IMG/VR virus record: IMGVR_UViG_3300037067_007160
Location: 32,001-96,000 of that record
DNA length: 64,000 nucleotides
Strand: one strand, 5' to 3'
Source: a virus
Lineage: Duplodnaviria; Caudoviricetes
The notes under the pieces are model-generated. The model was not told the origin of the DNA. It saw nothing but the letters and a program-made list of their open reading frames with translations, and searched no databases. Both the position numbers and the translations under genes were made by a program. Shown here one piece after another: positions 52,295 to 59,010 of the stretch (the stretch's first letter is position 1; each line of letters begins with the position of its first letter).

Positions 52295-52313
52295 CTCCCA
52301 TTCTGGTCCACCA
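52294..52313 (+). pseudogene. displaced 3' end of the tRNA-like RNA
   Basis: ACTCCCATTCTGGTCCACCA vs upstream ACTCCTATCTGGTCCAAA. Confidence 0.65.
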
Positions 52314-52384
52314 ATTTCGCTGACTGTGCGGGGCAGTCCATCTACATAAGATCCCCGTTGTCCCTTGCGAAAGGGGAGGTCATA

Positions 52385-53191
52385 ATGTACAAGAACAATT
52401 ATGTTCTAACCATTAGAAGGAATAACCAAACCCTACCAGAAACAAATGGTGAGTGTCTACTCCCATTCCAATCAGAATACGAAGTGAGGCTCAGGAACAA
52501 GAATAGGAAACGATCCCTGGTCGACCTCTACATTGATGGCCGACTTGTCACTAAGGGCGGTCTAATTGTTGATGCCAATAGTTATGTCGACCTTGAGAGG
52601 TTCATCGATAGTGACCTTACTAGAGGTGATCGGTTTAAGTTTGTTCCGATCAGTGATGACAGGATCGACAAGGGTGAATCACAGAATGGCCTAGTAGAGG
52701 CTAGATTCTATGATGAGAGAGAACGAAAGTTTGAGATTCTTAACACTAGTTGGTCCCATACTTGCCACTATCAAAACTGTTGGCAATGTGGTACATGGCA
52801 TTGTTCATGTCAATACTGTCCTATTCGAAACTATACAATCAACTCTGGTGGAACAAGTGGCAACGCCATCTATAGTTCAAATGTGGCAATATATAATAGC
52901 ACCGACATTAGTCAATGTTCAACGGCACATCCCACCAGTAGCGTCCTACGTGGTGAAGCATCGGCTGGAGGAACTGTTCGTGGTGGCACCTCTAGCCAGA
53001 GGTTTACAGCATCCTACCTAGATGTTGATAAGGAAAAGCCCACAGTTATTAGGCTTAAGCTCCTTGGTGTTCCTCCACAAGGACATGAATGCAAGGGAAA
53101 GATCATCTCCTACTGCACTCGATGTGGCCAAGAGACTGGTCAGGAAGATAGGTACTGTTCCAAGTGCGGAAAAGATCTAACCCGCAGATAA
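52385..53191 (+). CDS. hypothetical protein with C-terminal double zinc ribbon
   Basis: LPFQSEYEVRLRN..DLERF..NGLVEARF; CTRCG..YCSKCG. Confidence 0.7.
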   Translation: MYKNNYVLTIRRNNQTLPETNGECLLPFQSEYEVRLRNKNRKRSLVDLYIDGRLVTKGGLIVDANSYVDLERFIDSDLTRGDRFKFVPISDDRIDKGESQNGLVEARFYDERERKFEILNTSWSHTCHYQNCWQCGTWHCSCQYCPIRNYTINSGGTSGNAIYSSNVAIYNSTDISQCSTAHPTSSVLRGEASAGGTVRGGTSSQRFTASYLDVDKEKPTVIRLKLLGVPPQGHECKGKIISYCTRCGQETGQEDRYCSKCGKDLTRR

Positions 53192-53547
53192 ACTTCATAG
53201 AGACTGGTCTATCGGTACTCATAGAGGGAGCTGGATCAATTTCCGGCTTCCTTTATGGGCCGATAAATGGTATGATGCTGGAAGATGGGCGGGTAGCGCT
53301 ACAGATGTTCATCAAGACCCCTACCCACTTTCCACTTGGAAATACAGATGCTAACTACAAGATAAGGTTTGTGGCGGCCAATCTGGCTACAGAAGCTGTG
53401 CAAATTGGTAGATATAGGGATGAGGGTTCGATGTACTTCGTTAGGGTAGCTCTGACGACAGATGAGATTCAACAGGTAAGTTCAGCCCTTAGCTACAATA
53501 AGCTAAGGGAAGGTATGGGCCAAGTGATAAAGATGTTGACAAATTGA
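53164..53547 (+). CDS. hypothetical protein
   Basis: ORF fills gap; start uncertain. Confidence 0.5.
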   Translation: MRKRSNPQINFIETGLSVLIEGAGSISGFLYGPINGMMLEDGRVALQMFIKTPTHFPLGNTDANYKIRFVAANLATEAVQIGRYRDEGSMYFVRVALTTDEIQQVSSALSYNKLREGMGQVIKMLTN

Positions 53548-53564
53548 AAAATCTGTGATATAAT
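53536..53564 (+). promoter_or_regulatory. consensus promoter heading the stable-RNA operon
   Basis: TTGACA-17 nt-TATAAT with extended -10 TG. Confidence 0.85.
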
Positions 53565-53570
53565 ATATAC

Positions 53571-53696
53571 ATGCCAAAGAAGCTAATGTCATGCGTCAGA
53601 CAACTGAAGAGAAAAGGAAACTCTAATCCTTGGGCAATTTGTATTGCGGCCACAGGGCAACACCCTGAGCCGAGGCGGCACAAGAAAAGACGGTAG
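53571..53696 (+). CDS. leaderless small basic protein (41 aa)
   Basis: MPKKLMSCVRQLKRKGNSNPWAICIAATG..; ATG 6 nt after TATAAT. Confidence 0.55.
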   Translation: MPKKLMSCVRQLKRKGNSNPWAICIAATGQHPEPRRHKKRR

Positions 53697-53728
53697 ACAA
53701 CCTCCAGTTGCAACAGACGACTCAGCAC

Positions 53729-53777
53729 CAAGGGTGGGGTTCTACTAAAAAGGAATCTCACCCTTGCTCTTTGACAA
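53729..53777 (+). promoter_or_regulatory. hairpin plus boxA-like antitermination element
   Basis: Long stem CAAGGGTGGGGTTC/GAATCTCACCCTTG overlapping TGCTCTTTGACAA (rrn boxA is TGCTCTTTAACA). Confidence 0.65.
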
Positions 53778-53780
53778 TAT

Positions 53781-54217
53781 GGGCCTGAATTAGGTTTGAC
53801 GGGGCTCACCGAGTGAAAGCGGCAAGCAGGGCCGGCACAACGTCCCTTGAAAAACTTGTGCAAAGCCTAAATGGCAAAGTAAAAGAAGAGTCCAGCCTGC
53901 TCTCTCAGGCTATGGCGATTATTGACGCAGCGTTCGAAAGAGCGCCGGAGTTCGTTCTCGCCTAACCCGCAAGGGTTGTCTCGATCCTAACTAGATTCGT
54001 TCACCTTGTAAGGGATCGGGTAACACTAGGTGAATGGCGGTCTCTATCAGCGCCTTATCTGGTAGATGGTGGAGGAGCCTAGAAGATTTACCAAATGATT
54101 TGGTAAATCTTAGTTCGCTCCCTGTAGTAAACCAAGCCATTGGTTAATTGGCTAAGCTTGTAGATGCGATCATAAAGGAGTTTCGGACGCGGGCTGCGAT
54201 GCCCGCCAGGTCCACCA
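53781..54217 (+). ncRNA. ssrA: tmRNA
   Basis: GGGCCTG/CAGGTCC-ACCA with G3:U70, GG..GAC D-loop region, tag ORF 53873-53965 GKVKEESSLLSQAMAIIDAAFERAPEFVLA*. Confidence 0.93.
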
Positions 54218-54224
54218 ATATAAG

Positions 54225-54298
54225 GCCGGTTTCGTATAAAGGAATTATACCTCACTCGTAATGAGGAGATCCTGGATCGTTACCAGGAACCGGCTCCA
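54225..54298 (+). tRNA. tRNA-Thr(CGT)
   Basis: Cloverleaf, CCTCA-CT CGT AA-TGAGG, CCA. Confidence 0.9.
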
Positions 54299-54370
54299 GT
54301 GTTGTAGGGAATCCGTGGATCCTCTCGCATAGAGCGAGTGCTGGTAAGACCGGCGGTGAAACCACGGGCT

Positions 54371-54448
54371 GCTCATGTGGCGCAATTGGCAGACGCATCC
54401 GGCTTAGAACCGGAAATCCTGCAGGTTCGACTCCTGTCATGAGCACCA
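54371..54448 (+). tRNA. tRNA-Leu(TAG), short variable loop
   Basis: TCCGG-CT TAG AA-CCGGA, CCA. Confidence 0.9.
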
Positions 54449-54464
54449 GATTTGAGGAGGTTAT

Positions 54465-54560
54465 ATGGATATTGAAGAGTTCGTTAGGTCACAAGTTGAC
54501 CTACCAGAAGACTTTAAGAAATTACTTGAGGAGAACTTCTGGAATCTGATTCTTGAATGA
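54465..54560 (+). CDS. small acidic protein (31 aa)
   Basis: GAGGAGG RBS; MDIEEFVRSQVDLPEDFKKLLEENFWNLILE. Confidence 0.55.
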   Translation: MDIEEFVRSQVDLPEDFKKLLEENFWNLILE

Positions 54561-54564
54561 TTTT

Positions 54565-54641
54565 GCCTCATTGGTGTAGCGGCTTGCATGCTTCCCTGTC
54601 AAGGAAGAGGCTGGCGGGTTCGACTCCCGCATGGGGCGCCA
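54565..54641 (+). tRNA. tRNA-Asp(GTC)
   Basis: CTTCC-CT GTC AA-GGAAG, GCCA. Confidence 0.92.
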
Positions 54642-54651
54642 GATAGTAATT

Positions 54652-54737
54652 GGGCTTGTGGTGGAATGGCAGACACGTGCGCTTGAGGTGCGCATGGCCG
54701 CAAGGTCGTGGAGGTTCGACTCCTCTCAAGCCCACCA
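54652..54737 (+). tRNA. tRNA-Leu(GAG)
   Basis: TGCGC-TT GAG GT-GCGCA, long variable arm, CCA. Confidence 0.93.
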
Positions 54738-54738
54738 T

Positions 54739-54826
54739 GGAGAGTTGGGTGAGAGGCTTATACCAGAGGTTTGCTAAACCTCCGAGCCGCAAGGCTCCAC
54801 AGGTTCGAATCCTGTACTCTCCACCA
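54739..54826 (+). tRNA. tRNA-Ser(GCT)
   Basis: GAGGT-TT GCT AA-ACCTC, long variable arm, CCA. Confidence 0.92.
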
Positions 54827-54832
54827 GATTTT

Positions 54833-54910
54833 GCGCCTGTCGTACAAATGGAAAGTACACTCGGCCTTTAACCGAGACTAGTGTGGGATCATACCCCACC
54901 AGGCGCACCA
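54833..54910 (+). tRNA. tRNA-Lys(TTT)
   Basis: CTCGG-CC TTT AA-CCGAG (C33), atypical T-loop, CCA. Confidence 0.85.
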
Positions 54911-54926
54911 GATTTATGGGAGAAAT

Positions 54927-55241
54927 ATGGATAAAAGAACATATAAAGATAGAAGAGAATATCTCATAAAAGCAGTAAAGAGAAGAAGACGAGAATTAAG
55001 AAAACAAGCAGTGAATTATGCTGGAGGAAAGTGCATTTTATGCAATTATAATAAATGCTTACATGCACTAGAATTTCATCATAAAGATCCAACACAGAAA
55101 GATTTTGGAATATCAAATGGTAATTGTAATAGTTGGAATAGAATGAGGAATGAAATTGATAAATGTATTCTAGTCTGTGCAAATTGTCATAGAGAAATAC
55201 ATGAGAAATTGGCGTCTACCCATCAAGGTGACGGGTCCTGA
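54927..55241 (+). CDS. tRNA-associated HNH endonuclease
   Basis: GGKCILC..LEFHH.DP..EIDKCILVCANCHREIH; stop lies inside tRNA-Asn. Confidence 0.85.
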   Translation: MDKRTYKDRREYLIKAVKRRRRELRKQAVNYAGGKCILCNYNKCLHALEFHHKDPTQKDFGISNGNCNSWNRMRNEIDKCILVCANCHREIHEKLASTHQGDGS

Positions 55242-55287
55242 CTGTTAATCAGGCACAAGGGTGGTTCGATCCCACCGACGCCAGCCA
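55210..55287 (+). tRNA. tRNA-Asn(GTT)
   Basis: CCTGA-CT GTT AA-TCAGG, GCCA. Confidence 0.9.
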
Positions 55288-55305
55288 AATTTAGGAGATA
55301 TATAT

Positions 55306-55740
55306 ATGCATCTAACATACACAAAAGCACAATTAGCATCACTTAAAGTTCAAATGTGGGCTAATCAATTAGGATATGTCGTTTCAATACCAACTGTTGA
55401 ATCTAGATATGATATTCTTGTTGATGTTGATGGAAAAATATTTCGTTGTCAAGTTAAGTATGCTGGAAGAAAGCTTACAAGTGGGGCAACAGAGTTGGAT
55501 CTTCGTAAAGAGACAAGAAATAATGGGAAAAAAAGATTATATACGAAAGATGAGATAGATGTTATTCTTGTATATGTTCCTGAAGAAGACAAGGTTCTTT
55601 GGATTGATCATTCTAAATTTCATAATAGAAAAAGTCTAACAATTAGACATATTGAGAATACAAAATGTAAACAAGATTCAATATTTGTTAACGATTATAT
55701 ATGGGTCCAGAGCTCGGTTGGTAGAGCAGACGCCTCTTAA
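55306..55740 (+). CDS. PD-(D/E)XK homing endonuclease (I-Ssp6803I-like)
   Basis: GYVVSIP..RYDILVD..RCQVK..YTKDEID; RBS AGGAG; stop lies in tRNA-Lys anticodon loop. Confidence 0.8.
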   Translation: MHLTYTKAQLASLKVQMWANQLGYVVSIPTVESRYDILVDVDGKIFRCQVKYAGRKLTSGATELDLRKETRNNGKKRLYTKDEIDVILVYVPEEDKVLWIDHSKFHNRKSLTIRHIENTKCKQDSIFVNDYIWVQSSVGRADAS

Positions 55741-55778
55741 GCGTAAGGTCGTGGGTTCGATTCCCACTGGTCCCACCA
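55703..55778 (+). tRNA. tRNA-Lys(CTT)
   Basis: ACGC-CT CTT AA-GCGT, CCA. Confidence 0.9.
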
Positions 55779-55783
55779 ATTTG

Positions 55784-55813
55784 TTGTGGGTCCAACTCCC
55801 ACTCGACGCACCA
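55784..55813 (+). pseudogene. orphan tRNA 3' half (T arm, acceptor strand, CCA)
   Basis: GTGGG-TCCAACT-CCCAC TCGACGC ACCA with no matching 5' half nearby. Confidence 0.75.
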
Positions 55814-55818
55814 GATTT

Positions 55819-55894
55819 GGCCTTATAGTGAAATTGAATATCACATCTCCGTCCTAAGGAGAAGTTTTCGGTTTGAGTCCGAATAAGGCCGCCA
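55819..55894 (+). tRNA. tRNA-Arg(CCT)
   Basis: TCTCC-GT CCT AA-GGAGA, GCCA. Confidence 0.88.
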
Positions 55895-55909
55895 GATATA
55901 GGAGTCTTC

Positions 55910-56278
55910 ATGAACAAGATACCACTAGTCTCAGTAACCAAAGATGACTTGGAAATACAGACGTTTAGATGTGGAGGAAAAGGTGGCCAGCATCAGAATA
56001 AGACAGAAAGTGGAGTAAGAATTATTCATCCTCCATCTGGAGTAACAGTAGAGTCAAGAGAGGAACGGTCACAGGCACAGAACAAGGCTATTGCATTTAA
56101 GAGACTTACTACTAATAAGAAGTTTCTATTATGGTTAAAGATGGAATCGGCTAGGAAGATGGGCATCCTTGAAGATATTAATAGGGCAGTTGATAGGATG
56201 ATGGATCCAAAGAATATAAAGACCGAAGTTAAAGAAGATGAGAAATGGGTAGAGAAGGAATTAGCGGGTGTGGTGTAA
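55910..56278 (+). CDS. class I release factor-like peptidyl-tRNA hydrolase (GGQ; ArfB/PrfH-like)
   Basis: FRCGGKGGQHQNKTESGVRIIH.PSG..ERSQAQNK..AFKRL. Confidence 0.9.
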   Translation: MNKIPLVSVTKDDLEIQTFRCGGKGGQHQNKTESGVRIIHPPSGVTVESREERSQAQNKAIAFKRLTTNKKFLLWLKMESARKMGILEDINRAVDRMMDPKNIKTEVKEDEKWVEKELAGVV

Positions 56279-56337
56279 TGGTAGCATGAGACCCTTCCAA
56301 GGTCCAGGTACGAGTTCGAGTCTCGTCATCCGCTCCA
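56264..56337 (+). tRNA. tRNA-Gly(TCC)
   Basis: GACC-CT TCC AA-GGTC, TCCA. Confidence 0.92.
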
Positions 56338-56342
56338 GTTTT

Positions 56343-56414
56343 GACGGTGTAGCCTAATGGCTAGGCAACGGATTGCAAACCCGTTTTATGCTGGTTCGAT
56401 TCCAGCTGCCGTCT
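56343..56414 (+). tRNA. tRNA-Cys(GCA), CCA not encoded
   Basis: ACGGA-TT GCA AA-CCCGT, U73; acceptor GACGGTG/TGCCGTC. Confidence 0.88.
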
Positions 56415-56433
56415 CATTTTAGGGGTATTATAA

Positions 56434-56838
56434 TTGTTAAATAATAATAAGAAGAATATACAACTCGAAATGAAATATGGAACAGCTTGTAATAAACTTA
56501 GAAAACTAATACTATTCACATTAGTTAAAGAAACAAAGAGAAATATATGTTATCAATGTAAAAAAGAAATAACAAGTATCGATGATTTCACAATAGAACA
56601 TAAGATTCCTTGGTTAGATAGTTTGGAACCAAAGAAATTGTTCTTTAGTATTGATAATATTGGATTTTCTCACTATAAATGTAATATACGAGTTGCAAGA
56701 AAGATAAACAAGAAATATGCAACAAGAAATCAACGAGTAAGAGAATCTAGTAAAAGAATAAGAGATAGAATAAGGAAAACTAATCCAGAATTACTTAGAC
56801 AGATTAGAAGAGAACAATATAGAAGGACAGGAAATTAA
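56434..56838 (+). CDS. HNH homing endonuclease inserted at tRNA-Cys 3' end
   Basis: GTACNKLRK..CYQC..DFTIEHKIPW..NIGFSHYKCN; very AT-rich; start uncertain. Confidence 0.8.
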   Translation: MLNNNKKNIQLEMKYGTACNKLRKLILFTLVKETKRNICYQCKKEITSIDDFTIEHKIPWLDSLEPKKLFFSIDNIGFSHYKCNIRVARKINKKYATRNQRVRESSKRIRDRIRKTNPELLRQIRREQYRRTGN

Positions 56839-56839
56839 T

Positions 56840-56850
56840 CACCGTCTCCA
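56840..56850 (+). pseudogene. displaced original 3' end of tRNA-Cys
   Basis: CACCGTC-TCCA is the perfect complement of GACGGTG plus U73-CCA. Confidence 0.75.
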
Positions 56851-56851
56851 T

Positions 56852-56945
56852 GGAAGAGCTGACCGAAGGCTGGCGCCGGTAGCTGTCTCGAAAACAGTCA
56901 GTCCAATGATTGGACCTGTGGGATCGTTCCCCACCTCTTCCGCCA
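56852..56945 (+). tRNA. tRNA-Ser(CGA), enlarged D region
   Basis: GCTGT-CT CGA AA-ACAGT, long variable arm, GCCA. Confidence 0.85.
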
Positions 56946-56955
56946 GATTTTAGAT

Positions 56956-57031
56956 GGACCTTTGGTGTAGGTGGTGTGCACGTCTGTCTGAAGCACAGAA
57001 GGAATCCGTTCGACTCGGATAGGGTCCACCA
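56956..57031 (+). tRNA. tRNA-Phe(GAA)
   Basis: TCTGT-CT GAA GC-ACAGA, CCA. Confidence 0.92.
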
Positions 57032-57037
57032 GAATAT

Positions 57038-57136
57038 GCGCCCGTTGACTAACGGTGAAGTCTCCCGCCTTATAAGCGGGCAAGTCAGGTCCTAGATTGG
57101 GGCCTCATCCAGGTTCGAATCCTGGCGGGCGTACCA
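57038..57136 (+). tRNA. tRNA-Ile(TAT) with long variable arm
   Basis: CCCGC-CT TAT AA-GCGGG; ~28-nt variable region containing an 8-bp hairpin; ACCA. Confidence 0.85.
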
Positions 57137-57144
57137 AGTTTAGT

Positions 57145-57157
57145 TGTTCTTTGACAA
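57145..57157 (+). promoter_or_regulatory. second boxA-like element
   Basis: TGTTCTTTGACAA, same context as before tmRNA. Confidence 0.6.
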
Positions 57158-57160
57158 TAT

Positions 57161-57235
57161 GGGCCTGTGGTGTAATTGCGAGCATTGATCCCCTGCAAGG
57201 ATTAGGCGAGGGTTGGAATCCCTCCAGGTCCACCA
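57161..57235 (+). tRNA. tRNA-Ala(TGC)
   Basis: G3:U70; GATCC-CC TGC AA-GGATT (C33), CCA. Confidence 0.9.
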
Positions 57236-57239
57236 ATTT

Positions 57240-57314
57240 ACCCCTGTGGTGAAACGAATATCATTTTGCGCTTCGAACGCAAAGTTGCGGGTTTGAATCC
57301 TGTCAGGGGTGCCA
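57240..57314 (+). tRNA. tRNA-Arg(TCG)
   Basis: TTGCG-CT TCG AA-CGCAA, GCCA. Confidence 0.9.
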
Positions 57315-57315
57315 T

Positions 57316-57390
57316 GGGCCTATAGTGTAATGGATAGCACAAGACTCTACGAAAGTCTAAGTGATGGTTCAAGTCCATCTAGGCCCGCCA
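57316..57390 (+). tRNA. tRNA-Arg(ACG)
   Basis: AGACT-CT ACG AA-AGTCT, GCCA. Confidence 0.92.
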
Positions 57391-57398
57391 AATTTTAT

Positions 57399-57473
57399 CT
57401 AGCTGTAGCGTAATTGGTAGCGTCCACCGTTTGGGGCGGTGTGGTGAGAGTTCAAGTCTCTCCAGCTAGACCA
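57399..57473 (+). tRNA. tRNA-Pro(TGG)
   Basis: C1-G72; CACCG-TT TGG GG-CGGTG, CCA. Confidence 0.92.
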
Positions 57474-57490
57474 GTTTATGGGAGGAAGAA

Positions 57491-57682
57491 ATGAATAGGG
57501 GTAAAGTTGCTACAATTATAATTAAAGAAAAGAATGGGAGAAAATTACAGTTTGATGTATCAGGTTACTCATATCGTTTCTCTAGGAAGAAAGTTCCAGT
57601 ATTTGGAGTGACAGAGTTAGATCATATTATTATTGGTCCAGGAAAACTAACTATTTCAGCAAGATTACCTGCACCAAAATAA
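57491..57682 (+). CDS. hypothetical protein
   Basis: RBS GGAGG; fills inter-tRNA gap. Confidence 0.6.
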   Translation: MNRGKVATIIIKEKNGRKLQFDVSGYSYRFSRKKVPVFGVTELDHIIIGPGKLTISARLPAPK

Positions 57683-57745
57683 GATTTATAGATGTAGCAC
57701 TTTTGTAAGAAAAATGTAGACGTTTTCCTTACAAAAATGTAGAAT

Positions 57746-57821
57746 GCTAATGTAGCACAATTGGCTGTGCACTTTCTTGGTAAGAAAGAGGATGTGGGTT
57801 CGAATCCCATCATTAGCTCCA
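57746..57821 (+). tRNA. tRNA-Thr(GGT)
   Basis: CTTTC-TT GGT AA-GAAAG, CCA. Confidence 0.92.
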
Positions 57822-57826
57822 GATTT

Positions 57827-57901
57827 GCCGATGTAGCTCAATGGTAGAGCAGTCGCTTTGTAAGCGAAAGGTTGGAGGTTCAAGTCCTCTCTTCGGCTCC
57901 A
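57827..57901 (+). tRNA. tRNA-Thr(TGT)
   Basis: TCGC-TT TGT AA-GCGA, CCA. Confidence 0.92.
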
Positions 57902-57906
57902 GATTT

Positions 57907-58098
57907 ATGAAGATCATAGAGACTATAAAAAGGTTCTGTATTAGACATCCAAAGTTGGCCCGTGTAGGTTGGACCTGGAGTCTACCAACTTTCAGTAAGA
58001 AGAATGAACCAGTAGAACATGAGGAAAGAAAGGTAGTAGCCCATTATTGTTGGTGTGGTCATTGTCATTGGGATCCACCTACTTGTTGTCAGAAGTAG
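57907..58098 (+). CDS. small Cys/His-rich hypothetical protein
   Basis: Exactly fills gap between tRNAs; CWCGHCH..CC; no clear RBS. Confidence 0.4.
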   Translation: MKIIETIKRFCIRHPKLARVGWTWSLPTFSKKNEPVEHEERKVVAHYCWCGHCHWDPPTCCQK

Positions 58099-58102
58099 AT
58101 TT

Positions 58103-58189
58103 GCCGCGTTGGCAGAGTGGTCTATCGCAGCTGACTGTAAATCAGCCGGACTATGTCCTTCGGTGGTTCGAATCCACCACGTGGCACCA
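58103..58189 (+). tRNA. tRNA-Tyr(GTA)
   Basis: GCTGA-CT GTA AA-TCAGC, long variable arm, CCA. Confidence 0.93.
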
Positions 58190-58226
58190 TATTTGGTTCG
58201 CGAAGCCAAGCTAGAGCTTAAGATAT

Positions 58227-58315
58227 AATTTGGCCATAACCACAAATCCTGGTGGTATTAGGCAAGTAAGCGTTGGTCCAGGAATCCAACGGACTATAAG
58301 TCCTGTAGCCAAATT
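58227..58315 (+). ncRNA. unidentified multibranch RNA with kissing loops
   Basis: Closing stem AATTTGGC/GCCAAATT, three hairpins, complementary loops TCCTG(G)/CCAGGA. Confidence 0.5.
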
Positions 58316-58389
58316 GCGGGTGTAGTATAAAGGTAGTACGACACGTTGCCAACGTGTAGGCGCCGGATCGTTACCGGTCACCCGCTCCA
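58316..58389 (+). tRNA. tRNA-Gly(GCC)
   Basis: ACACG-TT GCC AA-CGTGT, TCCA. Confidence 0.92.
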
Positions 58390-58397
58390 AGTTTATC

Positions 58398-58471
58398 GGG
58401 GTCGTGATGCAACTGGCAGACATCGAAAGCTCAAACCTTTCGTCCTGTGGGTTCGAGTCCCACTGACCCTA
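58398..58471 (+). tRNA. tRNA-Leu(CAA), short variable loop, no encoded CCA
   Basis: GAAAG-CT CAA AC-CTTTC. Confidence 0.87.
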
Positions 58472-58472
58472 C

Positions 58473-58500
58473 GGTCCTGTAGCTCAAGTGACAGAGACAA
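58473..58500 (+). pseudogene. 5' half of split tRNA (partner at 59074-59121)
   Basis: GGTCCTG-TAGCTCAAG.. pairs with CAGGACT-ACCA about 600 nt downstream. Confidence 0.8.
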
Positions 58501-58557
58501 ATGTTACTATTGACATATAGTTCTGTTTAAGATATAATCTTGGTAGGAGGTCAGATC

Positions 58558-59010
58558 ATGAATCCACCAAGATATTTACATCTGAAAGAACAAGTGATAC
58601 ATCTTCGTAAGCAAGGATTTGGTTATAGGTCAATTTCAAACAAGCTTAATAATACCATTCCATGGAGTTCTGTAAGAAGACTAGTAATTGGAATGCGTAG
58701 TAATCCAAGACTAGCTTATCTAATGGCGACTGAATACTCTCAAAGGAGACCAAAGGAATGGAATGATATACGAACAATGAGAGTTCGTCGTTTGTATCTT
58801 ATTCAAGAACGTGGTCATAAATGTGAAAGCTGTAATTTAAGTTTCTGGAAAAATCATACTATTCCACTAGAACTTGAGCATAAGGATGGATGTAGAACTA
58901 ATAATAGTAAATCTAATTTAGAGTTATTATGTCCTAATTGCCATGTTTTTACTCCTTATTATAAAGGAAAGAATACTTCATCTTTTCGAAGTAGGGCGAG
59001 TGTGGTGTAA
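58558..59010 (+). CDS. HNH endonuclease with N-terminal HTH-like region
   Basis: RGHKCESC..IPLELEHKDG..NN..SNLELLCPNCH; RBS AGGAGG; stop inside tRNA-Leu. Confidence 0.88.
   Translation: MNPPRYLHLKEQVIHLRKQGFGYRSISNKLNNTIPWSSVRRLVIGMRSNPRLAYLMATEYSQRRPKEWNDIRTMRVRRLYLIQERGHKCESCNLSFWKNHTIPLELEHKDGCRTNNSKSNLELLCPNCHVFTPYYKGKNTSSFRSRASVV

Noticed and set aside
56852-56945. Selenocysteine tRNA
   Set aside because: Long D and variable regions, but the anticodon is CGA and the acceptor stem is 7 bp
58262-58300. Pistol ribozyme (TAAGCGTTG match)
   Set aside because: The required pseudoknot between the first loop and the segment before AAGCG is absent
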